Positions 38,350 to 48,108 of a stretch of 64,000 bases of DNA are shown one piece after another. A model generated the notes under the pieces. It was not told the DNA's origin. It searched no databases and was given only the letters and a program-made list of their open reading frames with translations. The stretch covers positions 172,619-236,618 of the forward strand of contig CAWALE010000008.1 of NCBI GenBank assembly GCA_963782775.1, in the 5' to 3' direction. How positions within the stretch are numbered: the first letter of the stretch is position 1; every line of letters starts with the position of its first letter. This DNA comes from an uncultured Acidobacteriaceae bacterium. Lineage in GTDB: Bacteria > Acidobacteriota > Terriglobia > Terriglobales > Acidobacteriaceae. The position numbers and the translations under genes are program-made.

Positions 38350-39363
38350 ATGAAGATCTTGAAGAAGCTGCTTATCGCCGTATTTATCTTCGGCTCAATC
38401 GCGATTCCCTCATTTGCAGGAGTTATCGTCAATGCTCCCGCAAACAACAGCCATGTTAGTTCTCCATTCAGTCTTTCCGCCTATACATCTCTTTGCTCGG
38501 GGCAGCAGGTGAGCGCCACCGGCTACTCGCTCGATAGCAGTACTTACACTGCGGTCTTCAATGCTCCTGCAATTACCACGACTGTATCCGCCGCTGCCGG
38601 AGGTCACATACTGCATGTGAAGGCATGGGGCGCCTCTGGGGCAGCATGCGTCACCGATGTCGCCATTACTGTTGGTGCGTCTTCTCTCGTTCCGTCTTAC
38701 GCAAGAAGTGTGAGCAGCATTCAGAGTTTCGGCGGTTGGACATCAGTCCATGACTACGGGACTCCTGGAAGCTCGAGTGGTTGGTCGGCCACGACCAGTT
38801 CACCATCGCGCAGTGGAGCGGCGCGCAAGTTCTCAATGAGCTACTCGTACTACGGAGGCCAACGGTATAGCACTTCCTTCGGAGACGACGAATCAGCCTC
38901 GAACTTTATCTTTGACACCTGGGTCTTCATTCCCAGCCCGAATAGTGGCCTAGTCAACCTTGAGTTAGACCTGAACCAGGTTTTGTCCGGCGGTCAAACG
39001 GTGATCTACGGGATGCAATGCGATGGATGGACAAACACCTGGGATGTCAGCGTCAACAAAGGAACAACCTGGTCACCTAACGTCACTTGGGCGCATTCGT
39101 CGGTGCCATGCAATGTTCGCAGCTGGTCCACGAATACATGGCATCACATACAGCTCAGCTACTCCCGCAACGATACAGGTTGGATTACCTATAAATCAGT
39201 CACGCTCGATGGGGTCCAACATGGAATCAATATGACAGTCCTGGGTGCGTACAATCTGGGATGGGCGCCAACGCTTCTTGTAAATGTGCAGCTTGACGGC
39301 GCAACTAGCGGCAGCGGTTCCGCGAACGTGATCGTGGATGATTTGACGATTTACAGGTGGTAA
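38350..39363 (+). CDS. Exported protein with an Ig-like domain and a putative beta-jelly-roll (glycan-active) domain
   Basis: Signal peptide; 'GGHILHVKAWG' Ig-like strand; Trp/Ser/Thr-rich beta domain with 'LELDLNQ' and 'WHHIQL'. Confidence 0.6.
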   Translation: MKILKKLLIAVFIFGSIAIPSFAGVIVNAPANNSHVSSPFSLSAYTSLCSGQQVSATGYSLDSSTYTAVFNAPAITTTVSAAAGGHILHVKAWGASGAACVTDVAITVGASSLVPSYARSVSSIQSFGGWTSVHDYGTPGSSSGWSATTSSPSRSGAARKFSMSYSYYGGQRYSTSFGDDESASNFIFDTWVFIPSPNSGLVNLELDLNQVLSGGQTVIYGMQCDGWTNTWDVSVNKGTTWSPNVTWAHSSVPCNVRSWSTNTWHHIQLSYSRNDTGWITYKSVTLDGVQHGINMTVLGAYNLGWAPTLLVNVQLDGATSGSGSANVIVDDLTIYRW

Positions 39364-39387
39364 CGTCCAGTCGATCGCTACAAGATT

Positions 39388-39410
39388 GGCCCGCTGTGAT
39401 TCGGCGGGCC
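39388..39410. terminator. Hairpin between convergent genes
   Basis: GGCCCGCTG-TGATT-CGGCGGGCC; no clear U-tract. Confidence 0.45.
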
Positions 39411-39427
39411 TCCTACATCATCAAGTT

Positions 39428-40168
39428 TCACGAGAGCGCCGGCCCTGTGTGTGAGCCATCCGGTTGCGCTTTTTGGGTCAAGCCGAAACGGCTTCCCATT
39501 TCCTTCGACACAAAACTGCTTCGTGTCTTCATTTTCACTTCTTGATGTGCTTCGTCAATTCCCATCGGAGCAATGATCGTAAAGCCCCCGAACATTCGAT
39601 TCAACTCCATATAAGCTCGACGATTCAGGTGGACGAATTCGATCGGATACTCCGGCTTTCTCGCACGGGCTGCTTCTGGATCCGCGTCCAGCACGAAGCT
39701 GATGTCGGGCCTCGGAATAAGAAGCATGATCATACTCGCATAGGCTCGAGTGAAGGGGTGGCTCAAGTCGAGATTTGCAAGTTCATCGTATGTGTATCGA
39801 TCGAAGATGATGAAGTCAACCTCGCTCAGAAGGGCCTTCCTGAATACTCTTCGTAGAGAAATCGCATCGATCAAATACAGAAAGTAACGGAACCACGTCA
39901 TTGGCCAGCCACCGACGTTCTTATCCTGCCGGTTGATTGGCGCCTCAGGGGTACCGATCCCCTTGTCGCCTTTGAAGATCTTATGCCCTGCTCCTTCACG
40001 AAACGTTTTCAACCGTGCGACATCATCCCAAAAGCGAAAGAGCCGAATCCGCAGACCTCGCTCCTTGAGATGTTCACAGAGGCGTTCGATCTGCGTACTC
40101 TTCCCAGCTCCATCAACCCCTGAAAAACTCACTACCCCCACTCGGCTGCTGTTACGCAAACCACGCAT
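39428..40168 (-). CDS. Thymidylate-kinase-like P-loop kinase
   Basis: 'FSGVDGAGKSTQ', 'IIFDRY', 'PRPD', 'ARARKPE'. Confidence 0.8.
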   Translation of the reverse strand: MRGLRNSSRVGVVSFSGVDGAGKSTQIERLCEHLKERGLRIRLFRFWDDVARLKTFREGAGHKIFKGDKGIGTPEAPINRQDKNVGGWPMTWFRYFLYLIDAISLRRVFRKALLSEVDFIIFDRYTYDELANLDLSHPFTRAYASMIMLLIPRPDISFVLDADPEAARARKPEYPIEFVHLNRRAYMELNRMFGGFTIIAPMGIDEAHQEVKMKTRSSFVSKEMGSRFGLTQKAQPDGSHTGPALS

Positions 40169-40203
40169 TTTTCTCTCCGCTAGTCCTGCGAAACTTCTGC
40201 TTA

Positions 40204-40731
40204 CTAAGGCGAGCTGTGACTAGCTCGTGAAAGACCAACGACTGCGCCTACAGCAGCCCCAGCCGCGATGACGATCCCAACCCTGATAGCAATGGCGCGC
40301 ACGCGTCGTTGCTTCGCCGGCGCGATGACCGCACCGGCGGGACTCGAACCTGGAACACCCGTAGGCTTCTCGTATGGGGCTGCAGCTGTGCCCACCGGCT
40401 CCTGCGGAGTCGCCTGCTGCTGCGCTGGCGCTTGTTGTTCCGTAGCCGGAGATTGTGGCGTCGGCGCGGATGGCAAGGAATTCAGATCCGTATCTGATGT
40501 TGTATCGGCAGGCATCATCGGAGGAGCGCTCATCGCCTGCTGTGTTGTCGGCGTTTGCGATTGCGATGATGGGACAGGAGCCTGTTGCTGACGTGTGGGC
40601 TCCTGCTGCGCGGCCGCAACTGTCCCTTGCAGCGTCAGGATCGTTATCAAACTGCACGCGACCCATCGAATGCAATAGGTCCATACGAACTCTCGTCCAT
40701 CTCGAGAGGCGGTTCTACTTCCTGTCGTCAT
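40204..40731 (-). CDS. Hypothetical exported protein with a Pro/Gln-rich linker and C-terminal hydrophobic segment
   Basis: Signal-like N-terminus; 'PVGTAAAP...PAGAVIAPAKQRR'; C-terminal TM. Confidence 0.6.
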   Translation of the reverse strand: MTTGSRTASRDGREFVWTYCIRWVACSLITILTLQGTVAAAQQEPTRQQQAPVPSSQSQTPTTQQAMSAPPMMPADTTSDTDLNSLPSAPTPQSPATEQQAPAQQQATPQEPVGTAAAPYEKPTGVPGSSPAGAVIAPAKQRRVRAIAIRVGIVIAAGAAVGAVVGLSRASHSSP

Positions 40732-40745
40732 ATTGATTCCTCTTA

Positions 40746-41144
40746 CTAAGCTGCGTTGTCCCGAGCTGGACGCTGATTTGCAACGGACTGTTCTCGTTGC
40801 ACGAGGCCAAGCATCGGCAGGCGAAAACTCTCGATCGCTTCAGCGACGCTGTCGAAGGCCTGAAAGAGATGATCGAGGCCGGTGGATCGGAAAACCTTGC
40901 TGGCTTCCGAGCGCAAGGCCGCAAGTCGAACGTCGCCATTTCGTTTGATGGCTTCTTCCAGGCAGCACAGAAGAAAGTGACTTGCACCGTCGTCTAGCCT
41001 GCAAAGCCTGGAGCAATCCAGTACAAGGGCAGGCCGATCAACATTAATGCAATTCTCAAGCTCGCGGTAGAGAGCCCTTTGGTGGCTTGCATCTAGTTGC
41101 TCCGGCAGCGTTCTGACCGCAATGGGTTGTCTGTGTTCCCTCAT
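40746..41144 (-). CDS. STAS domain protein (anti-sigma factor antagonist-like)
   Basis: 'LVLDCSRLCRLD', 'GDVRLAAL', 'VFRSTGLDHLFQAFDSVAEAI'. Confidence 0.85.
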   Translation of the reverse strand: MREHRQPIAVRTLPEQLDASHQRALYRELENCINVDRPALVLDCSRLCRLDDGASHFLLCCLEEAIKRNGDVRLAALRSEASKVFRSTGLDHLFQAFDSVAEAIESFRLPMLGLVQREQSVANQRPARDNAA

Positions 41145-41238
41145 CGTTTCTAATCCCTCAATCTCTAAGATGTCCGATTCGTCTCAAACCGATCTTTCTA
41201 ACAGGCACTGTCCAGACAAAAGAAGGAAAGTATTGCCT

Positions 41239-43197
41239 TTAAAGCATCCGGGCAAGTTCTGCCGCGGGGTTACGACTCGAATGAGTAAGAACGTTCCTCG
41301 CATAGCGAAAAAGCGTCATAAGGTTGGTTCGGTACCAGCAACACTCGGTCATGCGCGGAGAAAGCCCACAGATAAACCGAAGTCTGTGTGTGGCCCCATG
41401 CGACCTCAAAATTGCGGCCATCAAACGGTGGTTTCCGTCGAGAACGGTGAGCGGCTCCCCCTCGTTGACTCCGATCAGCAACACAGCGCCAAGTTCGGGT
41501 TCTTCAGCATCGAAGCGACGACCGATCGCCTGAATTTTTGCGACAAAGCCTGAATCGAGGCGGTCTTGCCCTTTGCGCATTCCTTCTGCGATATCCAGAG
41601 TTGAGAACCTTCCATTCGCCACCTTGCGCCATTGCGCTCGCGGGAACATCCGAACATTTGCGAGATCATCCGCTGTTATCTCGACTTCGAACCACTCTGT
41701 GTCGGTTGGGATTTCTCTCCACAGATACAGATGTCGGATGAAGAAGAGTGCCCGGCGCTTTGCGTTTTCGTCAGGGTTTTCGAGATTCGGCGACATGACG
41801 ATTTCATTAAACGAGTTTTGATACGCGCGAAACGCGGGGCCGTGAAAGTCGCTTTTCAAGAATTCGGCAATTGCAGCATCTTCAGAGATTCGGCGAATGA
41901 GACGAATAGGACGATAGCTGCCAGATTGCAGAATATCTTTCGGGTCGGTCAGTGAATTGATCAGAAATGGAACAGCGATGAAGACAAACAGAATTCCCAT
42001 CAGTACGAGCTGAACCAGCACCACCTCGCGCAGTGAAGAATGAAATTCGCAGATCGCTCCGATGAGAACGCCGCTGAACGCCAGCTGCACCCAACTGGTA
42101 TTTGCAATTTTGTAAGACATCTCGAAAGTAATGACGACCGCGGCAAGAGAGTAAACAACCGTGGCAAGCGCGTAAAGCGCGAGCAAGTAAGGCAGGTTGT
42201 ATCTCCCTGCGATCGAGAAGTCAGCCCCAAACAGATGCGTCCAAAGCTCTGCCGGGGCAATGCACAATCCAATTGAGATCGCAACGCCGACTCCGAATAC
42301 CATGCCAAGCGACGTTGCAATAACCCGCAGATCCCTTCTCTCTTCATTGCTGGTTCCGGCAACAAGCGGGAACGTTGAATTCACAACTGCCTGCGAAAAT
42401 GAAAAGATCACGCGCCCGACCATTGCGACGGCGGCATAAAATCCTGCCTCGCGAGCGAGAAAGAAGTGATTCACAAGCACGATGCCGCAGTTATTGATGA
42501 CCATTTGGCCGGCGAAGAAGATTGTTGCCTGGAACATCTCGCGAGTAGCGTGCGAGAACCTCAGCGGGTTTTTTAGGTTACCGTAGAGCTTTACCCGAGC
42601 GGTGTAATAAGCGATCGCGATCGCTGCGGAATTCGCAGCGATTACTCCATAGAGGCCGAAACCAAGCGCTATCAGCGCAAGCGACCCACCCAGTCTGACC
42701 ACCTGCTCGACCACAAGATTGATGGCCAGGTTCCGGAAGCCGCACGTTCCCTGTATAAATCCTCTGCGCGCTCCCAGGGGAACGTAAAACGCGGCACCAA
42801 TAGCAATCAGGCTAACCAATCTCGGATCAGGCAAGTTCAGGTAATCCGAAATCCCCCCCTGAAACGCTACAAGCAACAGACCAACGAATACCCCACATCC
42901 CCACGAGAAACGGTGAAAGAGCCGATAGACGGCGGTCTTGTTTTCGCGCGATTCCTGTTGCGCGATGAATTTTGAGGCAATGATCTGGAAGGACAACGTG
43001 ACGGCTGAAAGCAGGACGAGAATGGTGTAGATGACCGTAGCGTGTCCGAAGCCCTTCGGCCCCAGGTAACGCGCAACCGCGATGTTATACGCAAGGTTGA
43101 TTCCAGTGTTCAGCCCCGATCCCGAAAGCAAAACGATACTTCCGGAAACAATGCGAGCCTGCAGAGTCTTCCTGGGCGGAACAACAGAAGTCACCAC
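41239..43197 (-). CDS. Wzx-type oligosaccharide flippase fused to a C-terminal ParB/Srx-like domain
   Basis: About 12 TM helices with 'ARYLGPKGFG' and 'AGFYAAVAMVGR'; soluble ~230-aa C-terminal domain containing 'LTVLDGNHRLMAA'. Confidence 0.8.
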   Translation of the reverse strand: MVTSVVPPRKTLQARIVSGSIVLLSGSGLNTGINLAYNIAVARYLGPKGFGHATVIYTILVLLSAVTLSFQIIASKFIAQQESRENKTAVYRLFHRFSWGCGVFVGLLLVAFQGGISDYLNLPDPRLVSLIAIGAAFYVPLGARRGFIQGTCGFRNLAINLVVEQVVRLGGSLALIALGFGLYGVIAANSAAIAIAYYTARVKLYGNLKNPLRFSHATREMFQATIFFAGQMVINNCGIVLVNHFFLAREAGFYAAVAMVGRVIFSFSQAVVNSTFPLVAGTSNEERRDLRVIATSLGMVFGVGVAISIGLCIAPAELWTHLFGADFSIAGRYNLPYLLALYALATVVYSLAAVVITFEMSYKIANTSWVQLAFSGVLIGAICEFHSSLREVVLVQLVLMGILFVFIAVPFLINSLTDPKDILQSGSYRPIRLIRRISEDAAIAEFLKSDFHGPAFRAYQNSFNEIVMSPNLENPDENAKRRALFFIRHLYLWREIPTDTEWFEVEITADDLANVRMFPRAQWRKVANGRFSTLDIAEGMRKGQDRLDSGFVAKIQAIGRRFDAEEPELGAVLLIGVNEGEPLTVLDGNHRLMAAILRSHGATHRLRFICGLSPRMTECCWYRTNLMTLFRYARNVLTHSSRNPAAELARML

Positions 43198-43367
43198 TAT
43201 GAATGATTCTCCAATCGGTTTTACAAGAGGGCTGGCTATCCATGTGGTTTTTGCAGCTAAGTTCTTGAGGCAGCCTCTATTATTCGGATGCGCAAAACAA
43301 CCTCATGGCTGCTCCGCGGGCATTCTGACAACCGGTGAGCGGATTACGGCTTCTAATTCCAATATCG

Positions 43368-44369
43368 ATGCTGAATCGTTTAGCTATTTCAGTTCTTCTC
43401 TTTTTCTTCGCGCCACACGGGTGCTTGACTCCTGCGTCGGATGCACCGACCCGGTTGAAGTACCGTGCGATTGGGGCTTCGCCGCAGGTTATCGCGCTGT
43501 ACGAGGCATGGTTTGGACACCCGAGGCACATCTCCGTCGGCTATTCCTCGCAAGATCCCGACGTCATCGATCACCAGATCAAAGCCGCAAAGGCAATGGG
43601 AATCACGGCTTTTGTCGTCGATTGGTATGGCGATCGTGAGCCATTCATCGATCGCAGCTACGCCGAAATGCAGAGTGCTGCCGCCAGGAACAACTTCAAG
43701 GTGGCCATGATGTACGACGAAACCAACCAGGAAGACGACGCGACTGACGTGGCGATTGCCGATTTCACCATGTTCCACGAGGCCTATTTGTCGGAAAAAG
43801 CAAAAGGTCGTCAAGCGTATCTAACGTTTGATGGACGGCCTTTGATCTTTATCTTTCCGAAAGGTGGCCATACTGACTGGGACAAAGTGCGGGCAGTCGT
43901 CAACCAATGGAATCCCGCTCCGCTTCTCATTCAGGAGAATCTTCCGGGCCAATACGCAAACGCCTTTGATGGTTTCTACGCCTGGATCAATCCGGGCGAA
44001 AAGGGTTGGACGCAGGACGGCAGTAATTGGGGCGAGCAATATCTGAGCGACTTCTACCAAAAGATGAGGACCAAATATCCAGATAAGCTAATTGTCGGCG
44101 GAGCCTGGTCCACTTTTGATGACAGCAAGGCGTCCTGGGGACTCAACCGACACATTGCCGCTCGGTGCGGTCAGACGTTTACCGAAACATTCAACTTCTG
44201 GCGGAAAGAATTCCCTCCGGATCAGCCGCCACCATTCGTCATGCTTGAGACATGGAATGACTATGAAGAGGGAACAGCGATTGAGCATGGCATCCCCACT
44301 TGCGGTACTGGAACACAGCCCATTCCGACAACCGCATCGACATTACCCCCAGCCCCTCCTGTCCGTTAG
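43368..44369 (+). CDS. Exported GH71/GH99-like glycoside hydrolase
   Basis: Signal peptide; 'YEAWFG', 'GYSSQDP..IDHQI..AK..GI..FVVDWYG', 'DGRP', 'TWNDYEEGTAIE'. Confidence 0.75.
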   Translation: MLNRLAISVLLFFFAPHGCLTPASDAPTRLKYRAIGASPQVIALYEAWFGHPRHISVGYSSQDPDVIDHQIKAAKAMGITAFVVDWYGDREPFIDRSYAEMQSAAARNNFKVAMMYDETNQEDDATDVAIADFTMFHEAYLSEKAKGRQAYLTFDGRPLIFIFPKGGHTDWDKVRAVVNQWNPAPLLIQENLPGQYANAFDGFYAWINPGEKGWTQDGSNWGEQYLSDFYQKMRTKYPDKLIVGGAWSTFDDSKASWGLNRHIAARCGQTFTETFNFWRKEFPPDQPPPFVMLETWNDYEEGTAIEHGIPTCGTGTQPIPTTASTLPPAPPVR

Positions 44370-44430
44370 CCAGAGCCTCACCGCTTCCACACTGCCCATT
44401 TACACCGCCGCCGCGAATGCACTCAACAAC

Positions 44431-44463
44431 AAAAATGAGACCCCATTGCAACGCAATGGGGTC
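44431..44463 (-). terminator. Intrinsic terminator of the minus-strand GT operon
   Basis: GACCCCATTGC-AAC-GCAATGGGGTC with an A-run on the left, i.e. a U-tract on the minus strand. Confidence 0.7.
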
Positions 44464-44483
44464 CGCCAGCTTAGGCAAATACC

Positions 44484-45509
44484 TTAAGCAGCATCCTGCT
44501 CCTGATATTTGGCGGCCTGAATCGCGAGGCTTCCGTTCGCCACGCCATAACTGCCAACAGGCACTTCTATAGTTCCAGCGTCCGTCTCGATCGTAACCTG
44601 CGGTCGGTAAACCTGGCTGATGAGAGAGAGCGGCCGATTGCGCACTTCATCGTAGACTCGTCCGACATACTCCCCAAGAATCCCCACAGAGAGCAGTAGA
44701 AGACCTCCGACGAAGAACACTGCACTTGCCAGCCCAAATCCCGTTGTCGCTACCACGCTCGATGCGGGAATCATGCAGAAGGCCAGAAGCACTGACATAA
44801 GCGTCGTAAAGCCAAACAGGCCAAAGCTAAGCCGCAGTGGCTTGTAGCTGAAGCTGGTAATTGCATCCATCGCGTACTTGATCCGGCTAATGAAGGACAA
44901 CTTCCCATCACCGCCCGCGCGGTCCTGTCTATCGTAGTAGACGATGGTGTTTTTGTAGCCGACCCATGCACGAAGACCAGGAAGATAACGATTCCTCTCA
45001 CGCAGGGCCACAATTGAATCGACAGCTTTACGATCCATCAGGCTGAAAATTCCAGCATTCAAAGGAATCGGGTAATCGGAAAGCGTTCCAAGCACGCGAT
45101 AGAACAAGGGGAAAAGCGCGGCCAGAAGCTTCCGGCTTTCCTGTCGGCTGCGCCTCACTCCCACCACAACCTCGGCGCCATTGCGCCAGGCGTCAATCAT
45201 GCGCGGAAGCACCTGCGGCGGATCCTGGAAATCACCATCCATCAGGATTACGGCTCGGCCCCGAGCAGATTGAAGTCCGGCTGAAATTGCTCCCATGTGA
45301 CCCCAGTTGCGCGATAGCTCAACTACGACCACATGCGAATCTACAGCTTGCAGACGCTTCAGCAGCTCGAGAGAGGAATCGGTTGAGCCATCGTTAACGT
45401 AGACAACCTCCCAATCATCCACAACCCCCTTCAAGGCAGTTGCGACTGCATCGTTCAGTCGTTCAATCAGTTCCTCTTCGTTATAGATCGGTATGACTAT
45501 TGAGATCAT
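44484..45509 (-). CDS. GT2 polyprenol-phosphate glycosyltransferase (GtrB/YkoT-like)
   Basis: 'SIVIPIYNEE', 'VNDGSTD', 'SRNWGH', 'MDGDFQDPP', two C-terminal TMs, 'GEYVGRVYDEVRNRP'. Confidence 0.92.
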   Translation of the reverse strand: MISIVIPIYNEEELIERLNDAVATALKGVVDDWEVVYVNDGSTDSSLELLKRLQAVDSHVVVVELSRNWGHMGAISAGLQSARGRAVILMDGDFQDPPQVLPRMIDAWRNGAEVVVGVRRSRQESRKLLAALFPLFYRVLGTLSDYPIPLNAGIFSLMDRKAVDSIVALRERNRYLPGLRAWVGYKNTIVYYDRQDRAGGDGKLSFISRIKYAMDAITSFSYKPLRLSFGLFGFTTLMSVLLAFCMIPASSVVATTGFGLASAVFFVGGLLLLSVGILGEYVGRVYDEVRNRPLSLISQVYRPQVTIETDAGTIEVPVGSYGVANGSLAIQAAKYQEQDAA

Positions 45510-45617
45510 ATTAGCTCCTGGGAATTCGCATTCTGTGTTTCTCCTTTCACGTTCACGTTCCAATTCGAGCAATACAGCAGTAAAGCACCGCATTCTTAGA
45601 TGCGCTGGATGTAGAAC

Positions 45618-46121
45618 TCACTCCGACTGCGATTGGAAGATACGTACCCGCCAACGTGTTTCGGTTGGGGTCAGAACCACAATGTATCGGGTGCGAACTT
45701 GCTCGGTTCCGATTGACTTGTCGCGATCGAACACTTGCACATCGTATTCAACCGTATCGGCTAATTCGATCGAGAGCCCTTCGGGCGAGTAAAACAGAAT
45801 CTGCAAGTCGTGCGAGCGATCGTGGTAGACAGCATGAACACCGGCGGCCGTTTGCTCTTTGATGGTGCTCGCAAGCTTGTCTTTGGCGGCGCCAATGAAG
45901 TCCCGGTCAAGCAATTCCGGCCGATTTTGTTGCAAAGCATTGCTCAAGCTGGTCCATGAATCTAGATAATCCTGGATTGCGGCTTTGGCGGTTTGCTCCT
46001 GCAACGGTCTCGGTCCCTGCAGATTCGGAGGCCTGACGCGGATGGCTGACTGCTCGCCTGCGAGGGCCGACATTGCTGTGCCAACGGCGGAGATCAGCAC
46101 GAGTGACTTCAAGATGCTCAT
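45618..46121 (-). CDS. Exported hypothetical protein (possible NTF2-like fold)
   Basis: Signal peptide; alpha-then-beta pattern ending 'WRVR'; ATGA overlap with the upstream gene. Confidence 0.6.
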   Translation of the reverse strand: MSILKSLVLISAVGTAMSALAGEQSAIRVRPPNLQGPRPLQEQTAKAAIQDYLDSWTSLSNALQQNRPELLDRDFIGAAKDKLASTIKEQTAAGVHAVYHDRSHDLQILFYSPEGLSIELADTVEYDVQVFDRDKSIGTEQVRTRYIVVLTPTETRWRVRIFQSQSE

Positions 46122-46984
46122 TGCTCCCACCGAATCTGGTTGCCGAGCACGACACCACTCGCGACAGAGATCGTCGCGCCGCGGTGCGCAGGCAGCTCCA
46201 CCTTTGCTATACCCTGCTTCAGCGGCACATCCACCGTTGATTTTGTGTCATTGTACGATGCTGTGAAGGTCACAATCGTGCCGTCCGGTACAGCGTTCCC
46301 ATTGCAATCGCGCACAGGATCCGTTTGCAATTGGACCTTGTTCCCTGCTGATCTGGCGTTCATTTTTAAGCTACAGGGATCACCGGGCACCTGGCCGACA
46401 ACGCGAGTGCTCGAAACATCGCCAACGCGTGCAACAAACTGATCTTTTGCCTCGTGCGGTGTCGAATCCATCTGTGTCCAGGCTGCACCGTTACGCGTCT
46501 CCATCGTGCGCGTCTGCGTCTGAGACGACTTGCTCGATAGTTCAAACGACACCGGTAATGGCGCAGTAATTAGATTCTGATAGCTGTCAAAGACGTAGGC
46601 CGTTCCGGTGATGCCGCCTTGCAAAGCTACCGGAAGTCGCGATGGTTTTGCGATGAAAGTGATATCCGCCGGCTTTTTTGCCGGAAGCACATCGATTGAA
46701 TCGGTCTGGCTTGAAGAGGCGGACGTGACAACTACCGTGTAGTGTCCGGCATTGTAAAGAGAACCCGCGGGAAACCATGCGGCTTCGCCCAACTGCACCT
46801 CACGCTTGATCACCTGGCCCGGTCCGACAATGTAGAGGGTGCCCTTTCCGCTTCCACTGGATTCAATGGAAAACGCAGAACCAGCCTCGAGCTTCTGCGG
46901 GAGTTTGAGACCACCGGTTTGTGCAAGGACCGCTGGCACGCTTAAAGCAAGACCACCCAACAGTAGCGAGAATGTCGCTCTCAT
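46118..46984 (-). CDS. Exported Ig-like domain protein
   Basis: Signal peptide; 'DSYQN' and 'PVRDCNGNAVPDGTIVTF' bacterial-Ig-like motifs; ATGA overlap. Confidence 0.65.
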   Translation of the reverse strand: MRATFSLLLGGLALSVPAVLAQTGGLKLPQKLEAGSAFSIESSGSGKGTLYIVGPGQVIKREVQLGEAAWFPAGSLYNAGHYTVVVTSASSSQTDSIDVLPAKKPADITFIAKPSRLPVALQGGITGTAYVFDSYQNLITAPLPVSFELSSKSSQTQTRTMETRNGAAWTQMDSTPHEAKDQFVARVGDVSSTRVVGQVPGDPCSLKMNARSAGNKVQLQTDPVRDCNGNAVPDGTIVTFTASYNDTKSTVDVPLKQGIAKVELPAHRGATISVASGVVLGNQIRWEQ

Positions 46985-48108
46985 TGGGCGCCTCCGAATG
47001 TGTAGGTTGAAACCACAGTTCGCTCGCTACTCACTCTTTTCGCGAGGTCTTGAGGAATGTGAATGTTGAAGGCGACCGGCGTCTGAGGCAAAAGCGCATG
47101 GTCAATATACTGATCGCCGACCCAAACCACCTGCCCTGATTTGTCATAGAACGTTCCAAGCACATGCGCCACATTTGCAATCTGGCCACTCTGGTTTGTG
47201 AGTTGGCCTGTAAGAGAAGCGTCCGGCGCCGGATTCAATTTCTCATTCTCGATTGCGATCACTGGATCGGCAGAAGCAGGCACCAGTGTCGAAAATGGAT
47301 TCATGCGCACGCTTCCGACGTCAGCGAGCGACACGTTCGGGAAGCGAATGAGAAACGGCGTGACCTGCTTGGGAAGAAGTTGATGCGAGATCGCGTCAAA
47401 ACTGCCTTCTGTCTCGATTGGCTTTTGATCCTTCGACAACAAAGTTGCCGTGACCGAGACATATGCTGGTACCACATCTTCATTGAGAAGTTCGCCTACA
47501 AGAACCAACCCTTCGGCTCTCTGCACAGGATGCATGTCGACGATTCGAACGCGAGGCGCTTCAACATCCTGGGCTCCCCAATCGTCGCCAACGGTGCGGT
47601 TAATTACGTCCCAGCGCAAATAGTTCACCGGGATCACCTGCGGTGGAACAACAGCTTGCTTTTGAATCGGCCATTCCACACGCCACTCGCTGCCGTTCCT
47701 CACTACGTGCAATTCGCGCTCGTTTAGAGAGGTTCCAACTACAGTTGACCAATGCATCTTCAGCCGGACATTCGCGTCCGAATCTGTCGCGTGAAGCGGC
47801 TGCACCTCGAAGCTGCTCAGTGTTGCATAGGTTCGCAGGTCTGGATAGTAGCTCGTTAAGTCACGTCTGAATTCGGATTCCGTAAACTCCGCCTTGTTTG
47901 CGAGGCTGGAGTAGGCCTTGTTCCAAGCTTGCGCGCGGATCTCCGCACCCAGGTTTTGAACCGCCGCTTCTGGGGTTGAGGAGGCCTGCACGAAACTCTC
48001 GCCGCCGGCATACGCGGCAGCCGAAGCATTCGGCCACAAGGTGCCGATCGCCACCAGGCCAACTGTTGCACCCGCAAGTGAAACCGCAAGTAGACGTCCA
48101 TTACTCAC
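46981..48108 (-). CDS. Exported or membrane-anchored protein with FxLYD-like domains
   Basis: N-terminal hydrophobic segment; 'VGELLNED...VTATL' and 'GQLTNQSG...VLGTFYDKSG' FxLYD-like Ig modules; ATGA overlap. Confidence 0.6.
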   Translation of the reverse strand: MSNGRLLAVSLAGATVGLVAIGTLWPNASAAAYAGGESFVQASSTPEAAVQNLGAEIRAQAWNKAYSSLANKAEFTESEFRRDLTSYYPDLRTYATLSSFEVQPLHATDSDANVRLKMHWSTVVGTSLNERELHVVRNGSEWRVEWPIQKQAVVPPQVIPVNYLRWDVINRTVGDDWGAQDVEAPRVRIVDMHPVQRAEGLVLVGELLNEDVVPAYVSVTATLLSKDQKPIETEGSFDAISHQLLPKQVTPFLIRFPNVSLADVGSVRMNPFSTLVPASADPVIAIENEKLNPAPDASLTGQLTNQSGQIANVAHVLGTFYDKSGQVVWVGDQYIDHALLPQTPVAFNIHIPQDLAKRVSSERTVVSTYTFGGAQ

